Shown piece after piece: positions 10,088-19,566 of a DNA stretch of 64,000 nucleotides (position 1 is the stretch's first letter; each line of letters opens with the position of its first letter). The translations under genes were made by a program, and so were the position numbers. This stretch comes from Candidatus Binatia bacterium (GTDB lineage Bacteria > Desulfobacterota > Binatia > UBA9968 > JAJDTQ01): the NCBI GenBank assembly GCA_963666515.2, contig OY762897.2, positions 1,600,001-1,664,000 on the forward strand, given 5' to 3'. The notes under the pieces are model-generated. The model saw only the letters and a program-made list of their open reading frames with translations, made no database searches and was not told the origin of the DNA.

Positions 10088-12016
10088 GTGCCCATTGTTC
10101 TACCCACCATACCGGCGCGCGTCGTCCGCTACGTCTACGCGGGCACCGCGCTGGTATGGTGCTTCGCGCAGTTCCTGCCGCTGTACACGGGCGGATACGA
10201 ATACGACATCGTTCTGCTGGGCACGCACGTCGGCTCGGCGGTGACCGTCGCCTTGCTCGTCAACGGGTTCGCCGGCGCAAGGCGGCGCGAGGAGGAAGGC
10301 ATTCCCCTTCTCGACGCGATCCTGGTCGCCGCCGTGCTCGCCTGCACCGCGTATTTCGTGAGTCAGGGCCAGAGGGTGGCGGAACGCACGGAGGGTGTGG
10401 ACGCCGTCTTTGCTCTCGACTACGTCGCCGGCATCGTCTTCATCGCGGTCCTGTTGGAAGCATGCCGGCGGGCGGCCGGCATCACGCTCACGCTGGTGGG
10501 GGCGGCTTTCATCGTCTACGTCTTCACCGGACCCTGGCTGCTCGATCTGATTGCCCATCGCGGCATGTCCCTCAAGCGGTTCGTCGACCTCCAGGTGCTC
10601 TCTACGTCGGGCATGTTCGGGACGCCGGTGTCGGCGTCGGCGAACATGGTCTTCTACTTCGTGCTGGTGGGGGCATTTCTCGAACGTTCGGGGGCGGGCA
10701 AGCTGTTCGTCGACATCGCCTATGGCGCCACCGCCCGCTCCTGGGGCGGCGCCGGGAAGGCCGCGGTCATCGCCTCCGGCCTGTTCGGGACGGTTTCGGG
10801 CAGCGCCGTGGCCAACGTGCTGCTCAGCGGCCTGATGACCATCCCGCTGATGATCCGCTCGGGCTTCCAGCGCACGCTTGCCGGCGCCATCGAGGCCACC
10901 GCGTCCACCGGGGGCCAGCTCGCGCCGCCCATCATGGGAGCGGCCGCGTTCATTCTCGCCGACGTGGTGGGCGTGCGTTACGTCGAGGTGGTGTCCGCCG
11001 CCATCGTGCCGGCGATACTGTACTACACCTCGCTGTTCCTGCTGGTGCACTTCTACAGCCTGCGCAACGGGCTCAAGCCCGACCTCGATCTGCCGATCCG
11101 GGAGCACCTGGCCGGGCTGGCCGAGCGCTGGCATCTGCTGATTCCGCTGGGCTTCATGGTCTACCTGCTCATCTCCCGATTTTCCCTGATGACCATCGGT
11201 TCCTACACCATCGCCCTCATCGTCGTCGTCAGCGTGCTCCGCAAGGCGACCCGAATGAGACCGGGCGCGATTTTCGAAGCCGTCACCGGCGGCGTGCGCT
11301 CGGCCTCCGAGGTGGCGATTCCTTCGGCCATCGCCGGCATCATCGTGGGCACCCTGGTGCACACCGGCATGGCGCTACGGCTTCAGCGCTGGCTTCTGGA
11401 CATGGCCGGCGACTCGCTGGCCATATCGCTCGCCGGCGCCATGATCCTCACCATCATCCTCGGCATGGGGATGCCGACCGCCGCGGCCTACCTGGTGTCC
11501 GCCATCCTGGTGGCGCCCGCTCTCCAGACCCTCGGCGTGCCGGCCTTGCCGGCGCACCTGTTCATCCTCTATTTCAGCATCCTCTCGATGGTGACGCCGC
11601 CGGTGGCGTTGTCCGCCTTCGCCGCGGCAGGCATCAGCGGCGCCAACATGTGGCGTACCGGCGCACGGGCGTTTCTCCTGGCCGTGCCCGGTTTCCTGAT
11701 CCCCTATGCGTTCACGCTGAACCCCGCATTGCTGCTGCTGGGCGAGACGCGGGAGATCCTTCAGGTGCTCGCCACCGCCCTCGTCGGCGTCACGGTGATG
11801 GCCGCGGCATCAGGCGGCTATCTGTTCGGCCCCCTGTCCATGTTCCTCCGCGTGCCTCTGTTCTGCATGGGGCCACTGCTTATCGTGCCCGATCTGCGGA
11901 CGGACCTCCTGGGGCTGGGCGCGATTGTCGTGATCGTGGCTGCTCAGCTCATCGTCCGGCGCAGGCTCGGCCCGGCCAGCGCCACGCGGGATGCAGAGCC
12001 GGAAACCGGACAGTGA
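10088..12016 (+). CDS. TRAP transporter 4TM/12TM fused permease
   Basis: GTVSGSAVANV, ASTGGQLAPPIMGAAAF, GMGMPT, VTPPVAL. Confidence 0.92.
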   Translation: MPIVLPTIPARVVRYVYAGTALVWCFAQFLPLYTGGYEYDIVLLGTHVGSAVTVALLVNGFAGARRREEEGIPLLDAILVAAVLACTAYFVSQGQRVAERTEGVDAVFALDYVAGIVFIAVLLEACRRAAGITLTLVGAAFIVYVFTGPWLLDLIAHRGMSLKRFVDLQVLSTSGMFGTPVSASANMVFYFVLVGAFLERSGAGKLFVDIAYGATARSWGGAGKAAVIASGLFGTVSGSAVANVLLSGLMTIPLMIRSGFQRTLAGAIEATASTGGQLAPPIMGAAAFILADVVGVRYVEVVSAAIVPAILYYTSLFLLVHFYSLRNGLKPDLDLPIREHLAGLAERWHLLIPLGFMVYLLISRFSLMTIGSYTIALIVVVSVLRKATRMRPGAIFEAVTGGVRSASEVAIPSAIAGIIVGTLVHTGMALRLQRWLLDMAGDSLAISLAGAMILTIILGMGMPTAAAYLVSAILVAPALQTLGVPALPAHLFILYFSILSMVTPPVALSAFAAAGISGANMWRTGARAFLLAVPGFLIPYAFTLNPALLLLGETREILQVLATALVGVTVMAAASGGYLFGPLSMFLRVPLFCMGPLLIVPDLRTDLLGLGAIVVIVAAQLIVRRRLGPASATRDAEPETGQ

Positions 12017-12106
12017 CATGAAAAGATTTCAGGCAAACCGGGGACAGTTGACGGGCCCAAGAGCCCGTCCGAGTAGTCGAACTGTAAGGGCGACCCGCGG
12101 TCGCCC

Positions 12107-12676
12107 TTAGCGAGAGGGTCCGGAGCCGCGTATCCAGCGGGCGAGGCTCTCCAGGGCCATGCGGCGGTGGGACAGTCGGTTCTTCTCGTTGCCAAGCTCG
12201 CCATAGGTCCTGCCGGATGCGCTCTCTGCGATGAAGATGGGATCGTAGCCCCAGCCCCCTCCCCTGCACTCCAGGGCTATGGTCCCGATGACGGCAGAGG
12301 GAAAGCACTCCGGCGAGCCATCCGGACGACAGTAGGAGAACACGGACTGGAACGTCGCGCCCCGGTCCGGCGCCCCTTCCAGGAGTCGCAGGACACCCTC
12401 GTTGCCAACCGTACGAAACACGTACGCCGAATAGGGACCGGGGAAACCACGCAAACCGTCGACGAACAGCCCCGTGTCTTCCACCATGGCGGGACCGCCC
12501 ACCCTCCGGCACGCCTCCCTAGCCTTCTCCGCGGCGATCTCCTCAAGCGTATCCGCCTGGATCTCCCGGAGTTCAAGGGAAGCCATCTCCACGGGGATCT
12601 CGTAGTCCCGGAGGATGGCGCTCACCTCGCTGAACTTGTGCCGGTTGGAAGTGACGAATGTCAGAGGTCTCTGCAC
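12107..12676 (-). CDS. rdgB: Non-canonical purine NTP pyrophosphatase (RdgB/HAM1), archaeal-type motifs
   Basis: FVTSNRHK, EIQ, VEDTGL, GFPGPYS, GWGYDPIF, KNRLSHR; GTG start at 12676 chosen because the longer ORF overlaps tRNA-Gly. Confidence 0.88.
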   Translation of the reverse strand: MQRPLTFVTSNRHKFSEVSAILRDYEIPVEMASLELREIQADTLEEIAAEKAREACRRVGGPAMVEDTGLFVDGLRGFPGPYSAYVFRTVGNEGVLRLLEGAPDRGATFQSVFSYCRPDGSPECFPSAVIGTIALECRGGGWGYDPIFIAESASGRTYGELGNEKNRLSHRRMALESLARWIRGSGPSR

Positions 12677-12736
12677 GGCATCGAAACGGTGACGGCTGCG
12701 ACGACGAGTCGAAAAGGCGTGTGAAGAAGGTGAGAT

Positions 12737-12813
12737 TGGAGCGGGTGACCGGGGTCGAACCGGCGACCTTATGCTTGGCAAGCATACGCTCTAGCCAACT
12801 GAGCTACACCCGC
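12737..12813 (-). tRNA. tRNA-Gly (GCC)
   Basis: GCGGGTGTAGCTCAGTTGG...TATGC-TTGCCAA-GCATA...GGTTCGACCCC...CACCCGCTCCA; 77 nt with encoded CCA. Confidence 0.96.
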
Positions 12814-12969
12814 ATCCTTCTCGATGCTTACAGCATCACCCGGGGCTTGTCAACGACTCGGACTCCGGCAGACCCATCCAACCGTGATTCTCGACCGGCC
12901 CGGCCGAGTGCGGTATAGTCACCGGTGCATCCTTGAGAGCGGTTGCCCCGGCGGCGAAGGGGGCTGTGA

Positions 12970-13743
12970 ATGAACAGATTCGGCACCACATACGAAGGAC
13001 CCCTCGGGTCCACGATCCACGTCCTCCGAGCCGATGCGGACACCATTGCGGCGCTAGCCGAAATGGACTGGAGCCGGCGCTTCCGCCGGGTCTGTCTTGA
13101 CCCGGCGAGCGGGCTCATCACGTTGATGTCCCCGTCCCACCTCCACGAGAACCTGTCTGGTATCCTTGACCGCATTCTGGACGTTGCCGGCAGCATGCTC
13201 GCTGGCGCGGCGCAGGGACTTCGCCAGACGCGCCTGCGGGGACCCGGTGATCCGCCGGGAACCGGGATGGAAGCGGATTGCGCGTTCTACTTCGGGGAAC
13301 GCGCCAGGGACTTCCGCGCAACGCTTGTCGAAAGCGATGAAGCCGCCGAAGCGTTTCTGGAGCGGAACGCGCCGGACCTGGTGGTCGAAGTGGAGATCAC
13401 CAACGCGGACGAAGGCAAGGTCGAGCGTTACGCCGCTCTCGGTGTACAGGAGATGTGGCGGCTGCACGGCAGCAAGGGCAACCGGGAGCTGAGCACCGAA
13501 TTCCTCGCGCTGCATGCCGGGCAAGCGCCGAGAACCCTCGATGCGTCGGCATTGCTGCCGGGACTTACGTCCCGGGACATCTGCGAGGCCGTTGACGGCG
13601 TACGCAACAGCGATACCGACGACGAGCGGGCGGCGGCCGTCGCCCGCATCGTGCGCCGCCGCCGGCGTGACAGCTTCCGCGTACGCGAGAAAGAGCCGCC
13701 CTACGCGAATGCTCCCCGCCCGGACCCGGGCGCCGGCGACTGA
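12970..13743 (+). CDS. Uma2 family (PD-(D/E)XK-like) protein
   Basis: MSPSHLHE, EADCAFY, APDLVVEVEIT, YAALGVQEMW. Confidence 0.82.
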   Translation: MNRFGTTYEGPLGSTIHVLRADADTIAALAEMDWSRRFRRVCLDPASGLITLMSPSHLHENLSGILDRILDVAGSMLAGAAQGLRQTRLRGPGDPPGTGMEADCAFYFGERARDFRATLVESDEAAEAFLERNAPDLVVEVEITNADEGKVERYAALGVQEMWRLHGSKGNRELSTEFLALHAGQAPRTLDASALLPGLTSRDICEAVDGVRNSDTDDERAAAVARIVRRRRRDSFRVREKEPPYANAPRPDPGAGD

Positions 13744-13776
13744 CGCACCCATCCGCGGGTACGTTCCGGCGCTCCC

Positions 13777-14337
13777 CTACTCTCCGGCCCGCACGGCCTT
13801 CAGGAACTGCACGAAGTATCCCACCCCGGACCACACGGCGAGGACCGCTGAGAGGACGAGGAACGACATGCCGATGAGGTGGAAGTCGACGCCGAGGTAG
13901 GGATAGTGGATCATCAGGCCCACGAGAGCCACGGTCTGGGCCAGGAGCTTGTACTTGCCGAGCCGTTCCGCGGGGATGACCATGCCTTCCGTGAGAGCGA
14001 TACCGCGCAGGACGGTGACAGCGACTTCCCGCGCAACGATGATGATCACCAGCCAGACGGGCACGTGGGCGTCGCCGGGGCGGTCCACCGCCACCAGCAT
14101 GATGAGGGCGGTGACCACCAGCAGCTTGTCGGCAAGGGGGTCCAGGAGCTTGCCGAAATCGGTGACGCTCTTGTTCCGGCGCGCCAGCCAGCCGTCGAGC
14201 ATGTCCGTGACCGAGGCGACGATGAAGACCAGCGCGGCCAGCGCGCACGACACCGGGTCGGTGAACGCCATCAGGTAGGCCAGGAACGGGACCAGGAGGA
14301 TCCGGAACAGGCTCAGCAGATTCGGCAGTGTCCACAT
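13777..14337 (-). CDS. pgsA: CDP-diacylglycerol--glycerol-3-phosphate 3-phosphatidyltransferase
   Basis: TLPNLLSLFRI, TDMLDGWLAR, FGKLLDPLADK, GKYK. Confidence 0.93.
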   Translation of the reverse strand: MWTLPNLLSLFRILLVPFLAYLMAFTDPVSCALAALVFIVASVTDMLDGWLARRNKSVTDFGKLLDPLADKLLVVTALIMLVAVDRPGDAHVPVWLVIIIVAREVAVTVLRGIALTEGMVIPAERLGKYKLLAQTVALVGLMIHYPYLGVDFHLIGMSFLVLSAVLAVWSGVGYFVQFLKAVRAGE

Positions 14338-14352
14338 GATGCAGGCCAACCC

Positions 14353-15234
14353 TTACGCGGTCGCAGACGACCACCTCGACCACGCGATCAGCAGCACGCC
14401 CAGCACCACCATGGAAGTGGCGAAGACCTTGCGCCGGGTGATCGGGTCGGAGTCGCCCAGGATAAGCGGGGAGAGCCCCAGGGTAAAGAGCGAGAAGCAG
14501 TGGACCAGCGGGGAGACCACCGCCACGTCCGCCATGTCCAGGGCCGTGAACATGAAGAAGTAGGCGACGAAGTGCACGAACCCCACCAGCGCGAAGCAGC
14601 CCAGGGTCGCCCACGCGCAAGTCCTTAGCCGCGCCAGACCGTGGAACGGGAAGTAGGCCGCGGACATGGTCAGGAACGAACTGGTCACCGTGATGGCCGC
14701 CCCCACCATGGGCGCCGGACCGGCGAGAAGCCCGAGCCGGACCACGTTGTCGCGCAAACCCGCGAACATCGCTCCCGCTACCGGGTAGAAGAGGTCCCGG
14801 GGGCGCCAGTATCTCGACTCGCCCTTCCACGACAGGAACACCAGGCCGGAGACAACGGCCAACGCCCCCAGCATGTTGGCCGGACCGGGCCTTTCGTCCA
14901 GCAGCACCATGGCCAGGAGCACGGCGAAGAGTGGCGCCGAATTGAGCACCGCGGTGGCCGCCGCGGCGCCCATCCTCTCGATGCCCTTGAACGCCACCAG
15001 ACGGAACAGCCCCGGAACGATGAGGCCCGAGGCCGCGAAGATCAGGTTGGCCCCGGCCCAAAGCTCCGAGAGATCATGAAAGGTGAAGACGAAGAGCCAC
15101 AGCACCAGCCCGTTGAAGAAGAGGTCCACCACCAGGCCGCTGAAGGGATCGAGATCCCGCACGCCTCGGTGAACCAGCGTTGCCGTGCAGGCGAAGGCAA
15201 GGGAGGCCAGCAGGCCCAGGGCGACGGGGAGCAT
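14353..15234 (-). CDS. EamA/DMT family transporter
   Basis: About ten hydrophobic segments in two repeats from MLPVALG; the upstream part of the 660-aa ORF is an off-frame read of tctA. Confidence 0.82.
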   Translation of the reverse strand: MLPVALGLLASLAFACTATLVHRGVRDLDPFSGLVVDLFFNGLVLWLFVFTFHDLSELWAGANLIFAASGLIVPGLFRLVAFKGIERMGAAAATAVLNSAPLFAVLLAMVLLDERPGPANMLGALAVVSGLVFLSWKGESRYWRPRDLFYPVAGAMFAGLRDNVVRLGLLAGPAPMVGAAITVTSSFLTMSAAYFPFHGLARLRTCAWATLGCFALVGFVHFVAYFFMFTALDMADVAVVSPLVHCFSLFTLGLSPLILGDSDPITRRKVFATSMVVLGVLLIAWSRWSSATA

Positions 15235-15323
15235 GTCCAGTGGCCTGTAACGTGCATCGCCCGGCGCCGGTTTGAACCCGTCTTGCGCGGGCGGCGCCGG
15301 TAGGGGGCAGGGTCGGACCTGCC

Positions 15324-16847
15324 CTACTCGCGCGGTGCTTCCACGCCCAACCTCTTCTCGATCTCGTCCTCCAGGGAACTGCCCCGGCGCGCCTGGATCG
15401 CGGAGTAGACCAGCGTCCCGACGATGAGGAGGGCGATGCAGACCACGGTGGGCTGCAGGAGCCAGCCCGCGCCGTAGGCGCTGCTGGAGATCCACAGGTA
15501 GTTCTCGACGATGGTCCCCAGCACCAGGCCCAGCACGAAGGGAGGCCGCGGCCACTGGAACAGCACCATGACGTAGCCGACGATGCCGAAGATGACCGTG
15601 ACGATGATGTCGCTGAAGTTGTTGTGGGCGGCGAAGGCGCCGAGGAACACGAACATCAGCAGGAACGGTATCAACAGGTGGCCGCGCACGAAGGTGAGCT
15701 TCACGAGTTGGTTCAGAAACAGGAAACACGCGCCCGCGGTGAGGATGTTGGCCACCACCAGGATCCACACCATGGCGAAGGTCACGTCCAGGTGCTTGGT
15801 GAGCATCTCCGGACCGGGATTGAGGCCGACGATGAGAAACGCTCCCAGCAGGATGGCCATGGCGCTGCTGCCGGGAATGCCGAAGGCCACCGTGGGAATG
15901 AGGTTGCCGCCTTCGCGGGAGTTGTTGGCCGCGCCGGGCCCGAGGACGCCGCGTACGTCGCCCTTGCCGAAGCCGCTCTTGTCCTTGGCCGACTGCACCG
16001 CGTGGCCGTAGGCCAGCCATTGCGAGACGCCGCCGCCCAGGCCCGGCAGGGCGCCGATGAACGCGCCGATGAAGCCGCAGCGCATGGTCAGTGCGAAATG
16101 GCGGAAGGTGTCCTTGACCCCTTCCATGACGCCGGTGATCTTGCCGATCTTGGCCTCGGCGATGCTGGTGCCGCGCACCGCCAGGTCGATGATCTCCGGG
16201 ATGGCGAAGAGCCCGACCACCACCGGGCCCAGGCTCAGGCCGTCCCAGAGATACAGCGTGCCCATCGTATAGCGCAGCGTCCCGGTCTGGGGATCGACGC
16301 CGATGGACGCCAGCATGAGTCCGATGCCGCCGCACAGGAGCCCCTTGGTGAGAGACGACCCGCTCAGCGACGCGATGAAGGTGATTCCCAGGATCGCCAG
16401 CATGAACAGCTCGGGAGAGCCGAAGAACAGCACCAGCGGACGCATGATGGGAATGGCGAGGGCCAGGATGACGGCGCCTTCGAGGCCGGCCACCAGCGAG
16501 CTCATGAGCGCGGCGCCCATGGCCCGGCCGGCTTCCCCGTTCTTGGTCATGGGGTAGCCGTCCATGATGGTGGCCGCGGCCGTGCCTTCTCCCGGGATGC
16601 CGAAGAGGATCGAGGTGAGGTCACCGGTGGTGCCGGTGATGGCGTGCATGCCCAGGAGAAAGGCAAAGGCCGAGATCGGCTCCCCGATCTTGTAGGCGAA
16701 GGGGAGCATCAGGGCGAGGGTGGCCAGGCCGCCCAGGCCGGGGAGAATCCCCACGACGAACCCCACCAGCGCGCCCAGCAGCAGGAAGCCGAAGGCCGGC
16801 CAGGAGAGGACGTGGAGCAGTCCGTCTATGAAGGCGTCGAGCATCAT
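15324..16847 (-). CDS. tctA: Tripartite tricarboxylate transporter large permease TctA
   Basis: GILPGLGG, IPGE...DGYPM, AANN, LIPTVAFGIPGS, GLNPGP. Confidence 0.93.
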   Translation of the reverse strand: MMLDAFIDGLLHVLSWPAFGFLLLGALVGFVVGILPGLGGLATLALMLPFAYKIGEPISAFAFLLGMHAITGTTGDLTSILFGIPGEGTAAATIMDGYPMTKNGEAGRAMGAALMSSLVAGLEGAVILALAIPIMRPLVLFFGSPELFMLAILGITFIASLSGSSLTKGLLCGGIGLMLASIGVDPQTGTLRYTMGTLYLWDGLSLGPVVVGLFAIPEIIDLAVRGTSIAEAKIGKITGVMEGVKDTFRHFALTMRCGFIGAFIGALPGLGGGVSQWLAYGHAVQSAKDKSGFGKGDVRGVLGPGAANNSREGGNLIPTVAFGIPGSSAMAILLGAFLIVGLNPGPEMLTKHLDVTFAMVWILVVANILTAGACFLFLNQLVKLTFVRGHLLIPFLLMFVFLGAFAAHNNFSDIIVTVIFGIVGYVMVLFQWPRPPFVLGLVLGTIVENYLWISSSAYGAGWLLQPTVVCIALLIVGTLVYSAIQARRGSSLEDEIEKRLGVEAPRE

Positions 16848-16874
16848 GGCCTGGTAACTACCTCCCCCTGGGAG

Positions 16875-17930
16875 CTACCTCCCGAGAAGCCCCCTGACGC
16901 CGTCCACCACCTCCTTGGGCTGGCTTACGACGGCCTGGGCCACCTTCTGCAGATCCTCGCCCCTCAACAGCTTGAAGGGCACCATCCGCCCCTTCTTGGC
17001 CTCGGCCCCCAACTCCGGATCCGCCAACGTCTTGGCGTAGGCGTCGCGCAACATCTTCACGCGGTCCGCCGGCACGCCCGGCGCCACGGCGAACGGACGC
17101 CCGAAGTCGCCGCTGGCGAAGATCACCTTGGACATGGCCCGCACCAGCTTCGGGGCGTTGTACTTGTCGAACAACTGGGAGAGGGTGGGGACGTCCTTCA
17201 TCCTCGGGTCCGGCTCATCCCCGCTCTGAGCGAGCTGCCGGACGAACTTGTTCTTGTGCCAGGTGAGATAAGGCTCGCGGCCGAAGTGCGGGGGAATGGT
17301 CATGCCGCGGCAAAGAACCTCTCCCCGCTCCACCGCCAGGTCGATCTCGCTGCCGCCGGGATAGCCCATGACGAAATTGAAGTTCGCGCCCACGCCCTTC
17401 TCCAGGATCTTGCCCATTAGATAGCTGTTGCCCGCGGTGCCCGAGTTGCCGAGTCTCGCAGGCTCCTTCTTCTCCTTGATCAGTGCATCGATGCTGGTGA
17501 ACTTCGAGTCGCTGCGGCAGAAGAGCACGGAGTGGCTCACCTCCTGCGTGCCGATCCACTGGAACTTGGCGATGTCGAAGCGCACCTCCTTCCGCCCCAC
17601 GACCTGGTCGAGGTACAGCCCCGCCAACGGCATCACCAGGGCCGTGCCGTCCTGCTTGGCGATGTTGTAGACATAGTTGGCGGCGATGAGAGAACCGGCC
17701 CCGGGCATGTTCTGGACGATGATGTCGGGCTTGCCCGGGATGTACTGGCCCATGTGCCGCGCGAACAGCCTGGCCCACCGGTCGTAGAACCCGCCCGGCG
17801 AGCAACAGACGAGGATGCGTATGGTCTTTCCTTCGTAGAAGTCCTTCGCCGCCGACTGTCCGGCAAAGCTCATGACCATGAACCCGCCCAGCAGCAGCAC
17901 GAGAAAAATTCGACAGATCGCTCGCTTCAT
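16875..17930 (-). CDS. tctC: TctC/Bug substrate-binding protein
   Basis: Signal peptide; PGGFYD, QNMPGAGS, GYPGG; lies between tctB and tctA. Confidence 0.88.
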   Translation of the reverse strand: MKRAICRIFLVLLLGGFMVMSFAGQSAAKDFYEGKTIRILVCCSPGGFYDRWARLFARHMGQYIPGKPDIIVQNMPGAGSLIAANYVYNIAKQDGTALVMPLAGLYLDQVVGRKEVRFDIAKFQWIGTQEVSHSVLFCRSDSKFTSIDALIKEKKEPARLGNSGTAGNSYLMGKILEKGVGANFNFVMGYPGGSEIDLAVERGEVLCRGMTIPPHFGREPYLTWHKNKFVRQLAQSGDEPDPRMKDVPTLSQLFDKYNAPKLVRAMSKVIFASGDFGRPFAVAPGVPADRVKMLRDAYAKTLADPELGAEAKKGRMVPFKLLRGEDLQKVAQAVVSQPKEVVDGVRGLLGR

Positions 17931-18011
17931 TGCACACCTCCGTGTTTGGAACCGAGGGCCCTGCGCCACACAAACGGGCGCAGGGTTACGACTCGCCTTT
18001 CCCGTCCTTGT

Positions 18012-18506
18012 CTATTCAAAACCCAGCCAACGAAACACCTGTCCCTCGGGAAACGGCAGCAACAGCGTCCGCTCGAACACCACGTAGTAGATGAGCCACG
18101 CCGAGGCCGTGAGGATCAGCGACATGGGCCAGCCTTCCTTCGACTGAATCTTCAGATAGCCGAAGGTCATTGCCGCCACGGTAATGGAAAACCCGATCAG
18201 CCAGATACCGGCCATGAATCCCACGATCCAGGACAAGATGCTCGTCGTGCGCCTGACCGCCACCGCCCAGTCGACGGTCTGCGTGAGCTGGAAGTCGGCG
18301 GGCGTGTTGCTCGAGGCGCTCTCGCTCTCCTCCCTCGGCCCCCTGAACTCCTGGATGATATTGATGACCGCCAGCAGGATCATGGGAATGCCGATGGCCC
18401 ACGGGTAGAGACGCGCCTGCAGGCGCCACTCGCCCGCCTCCCAGACCAGGTAGCAGAAGAAGATGAGCACCAGGAAGCTGAAGCCCATCCTGGGTGTCAG
18501 TCGCAC
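18012..18506 (-). CDS. tctB: TctB small permease
   Basis: 4-5 TM segments, YP motif, C-terminal VFERTLLLPFPEG. Confidence 0.85.
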   Translation of the reverse strand: MRLTPRMGFSFLVLIFFCYLVWEAGEWRLQARLYPWAIGIPMILLAVINIIQEFRGPREESESASSNTPADFQLTQTVDWAVAVRRTTSILSWIVGFMAGIWLIGFSITVAAMTFGYLKIQSKEGWPMSLILTASAWLIYYVVFERTLLLPFPEGQVFRWLGFE

Positions 18507-18533
18507 GTGAAAATCCCGTTGCCCGCGGCGCGG

Positions 18534-19547
18534 CTAGCTCCAGCCGTAGAGCGCCTTGGCGTTGTCGCCCAGGAACTTGGCCTTGAAGTCGTCCGAGATG
18601 TCGGTCCGTTCCTTGATGGTCTTGGTGACGTTGGGGAACATGCCGTCCCAGTGCGGGTAGTCGGAAGCGAACACGATGTTCTTGTCGCCGATCCGCTCGA
18701 TGCCGTAGGGCAGGCTCTCCTCCTCAGGCTCGGCCGCGTAGTACCAGTTCCCAGCCTTCATGTACTCGCTGGGCTTGGCCTTGAGGAGCGGCGCCTCGGA
18801 CTGCCGGTGCTCCCACTCCTCGTCCATGCGGTCCATCCAGTAGGGCACCCAGCCGACGCCGCACTCCAGGAACGCGATGCGGAGCTTGGGGAACCGCTCG
18901 GGCACGCCGCCGTACATGAGCGCGGCGCAGTCCAGCATGGTCTCGAAGGGACGGCCGATGGTGTGCTTGAACAGGAACGTATCGAAGCGGTTCTCGCCCG
19001 CCGGACCCGAGCGCGAGTTGTGGATCAGGAGCGGCACGTCGAGCCGCTCCAGCTCCTCGTAGATGGGCCAGAACAGCTCCTGCCCCAGGTGGTCCTTCAT
19101 GCCGAAGGTGCCCACCGTGATGCCCACCACGCCGAGCTTGGTGACCGCGCGGTTGATCTCTTCAACGGCCGCGGGCACGTCCTGGAACGGCGCGACGCCG
19201 ACGCCCTTGAGCCGTTCCGGCGCCTCGCTGCACATGCTGGAGATCCAGTTGTTGTAGGCGCGCGAGAAGGCCCCCGCGTACGCCTTCTCCGGCATGCGGT
19301 TGACGTGGAACGCGCCGGTGGGAAACAGCACCGACACCTCGATTCCCTCGGTGTCCATGTCGCGCAGGCGCGTGGGGACGTCGGTGATGTTCATGCCCAG
19401 CGTGCCGAACATGCTGGAGTCCCACTCGTCCGAGGGCAGCAGCGAGCCTTCCCGCTTGTTCCAGGGGTCCTCCATGTGGGCGCGGATGTCCGCGTCCCGG
19501 TCCCGGACGTGTCCGTCGGCGTCAATGATCTTGGCGTTCACGTTCAT
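18534..19547 (-). CDS. Amidohydrolase_2 family protein
   Basis: IIDADGH, LLIH, FLECGVGW, FASDYPHWD. Confidence 0.88.
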   Translation of the reverse strand: MNVNAKIIDADGHVRDRDADIRAHMEDPWNKREGSLLPSDEWDSSMFGTLGMNITDVPTRLRDMDTEGIEVSVLFPTGAFHVNRMPEKAYAGAFSRAYNNWISSMCSEAPERLKGVGVAPFQDVPAAVEEINRAVTKLGVVGITVGTFGMKDHLGQELFWPIYEELERLDVPLLIHNSRSGPAGENRFDTFLFKHTIGRPFETMLDCAALMYGGVPERFPKLRIAFLECGVGWVPYWMDRMDEEWEHRQSEAPLLKAKPSEYMKAGNWYYAAEPEEESLPYGIERIGDKNIVFASDYPHWDGMFPNVTKTIKERTDISDDFKAKFLGDNAKALYGWS

Positions 19548-19566
19548 GTCAACCTCCTTCAAGGGG

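Noticed and set aside
12677-12781. N-terminal extension of RdgB in the ORF track
   Set aside because: It overlaps tRNA-Gly; family similarity begins near GTG 12676.
15235-16335. 660-aa fusion ORF upstream of the EamA gene
   Set aside because: Off-frame read through tctA; the transporter starts at ATG 15234.
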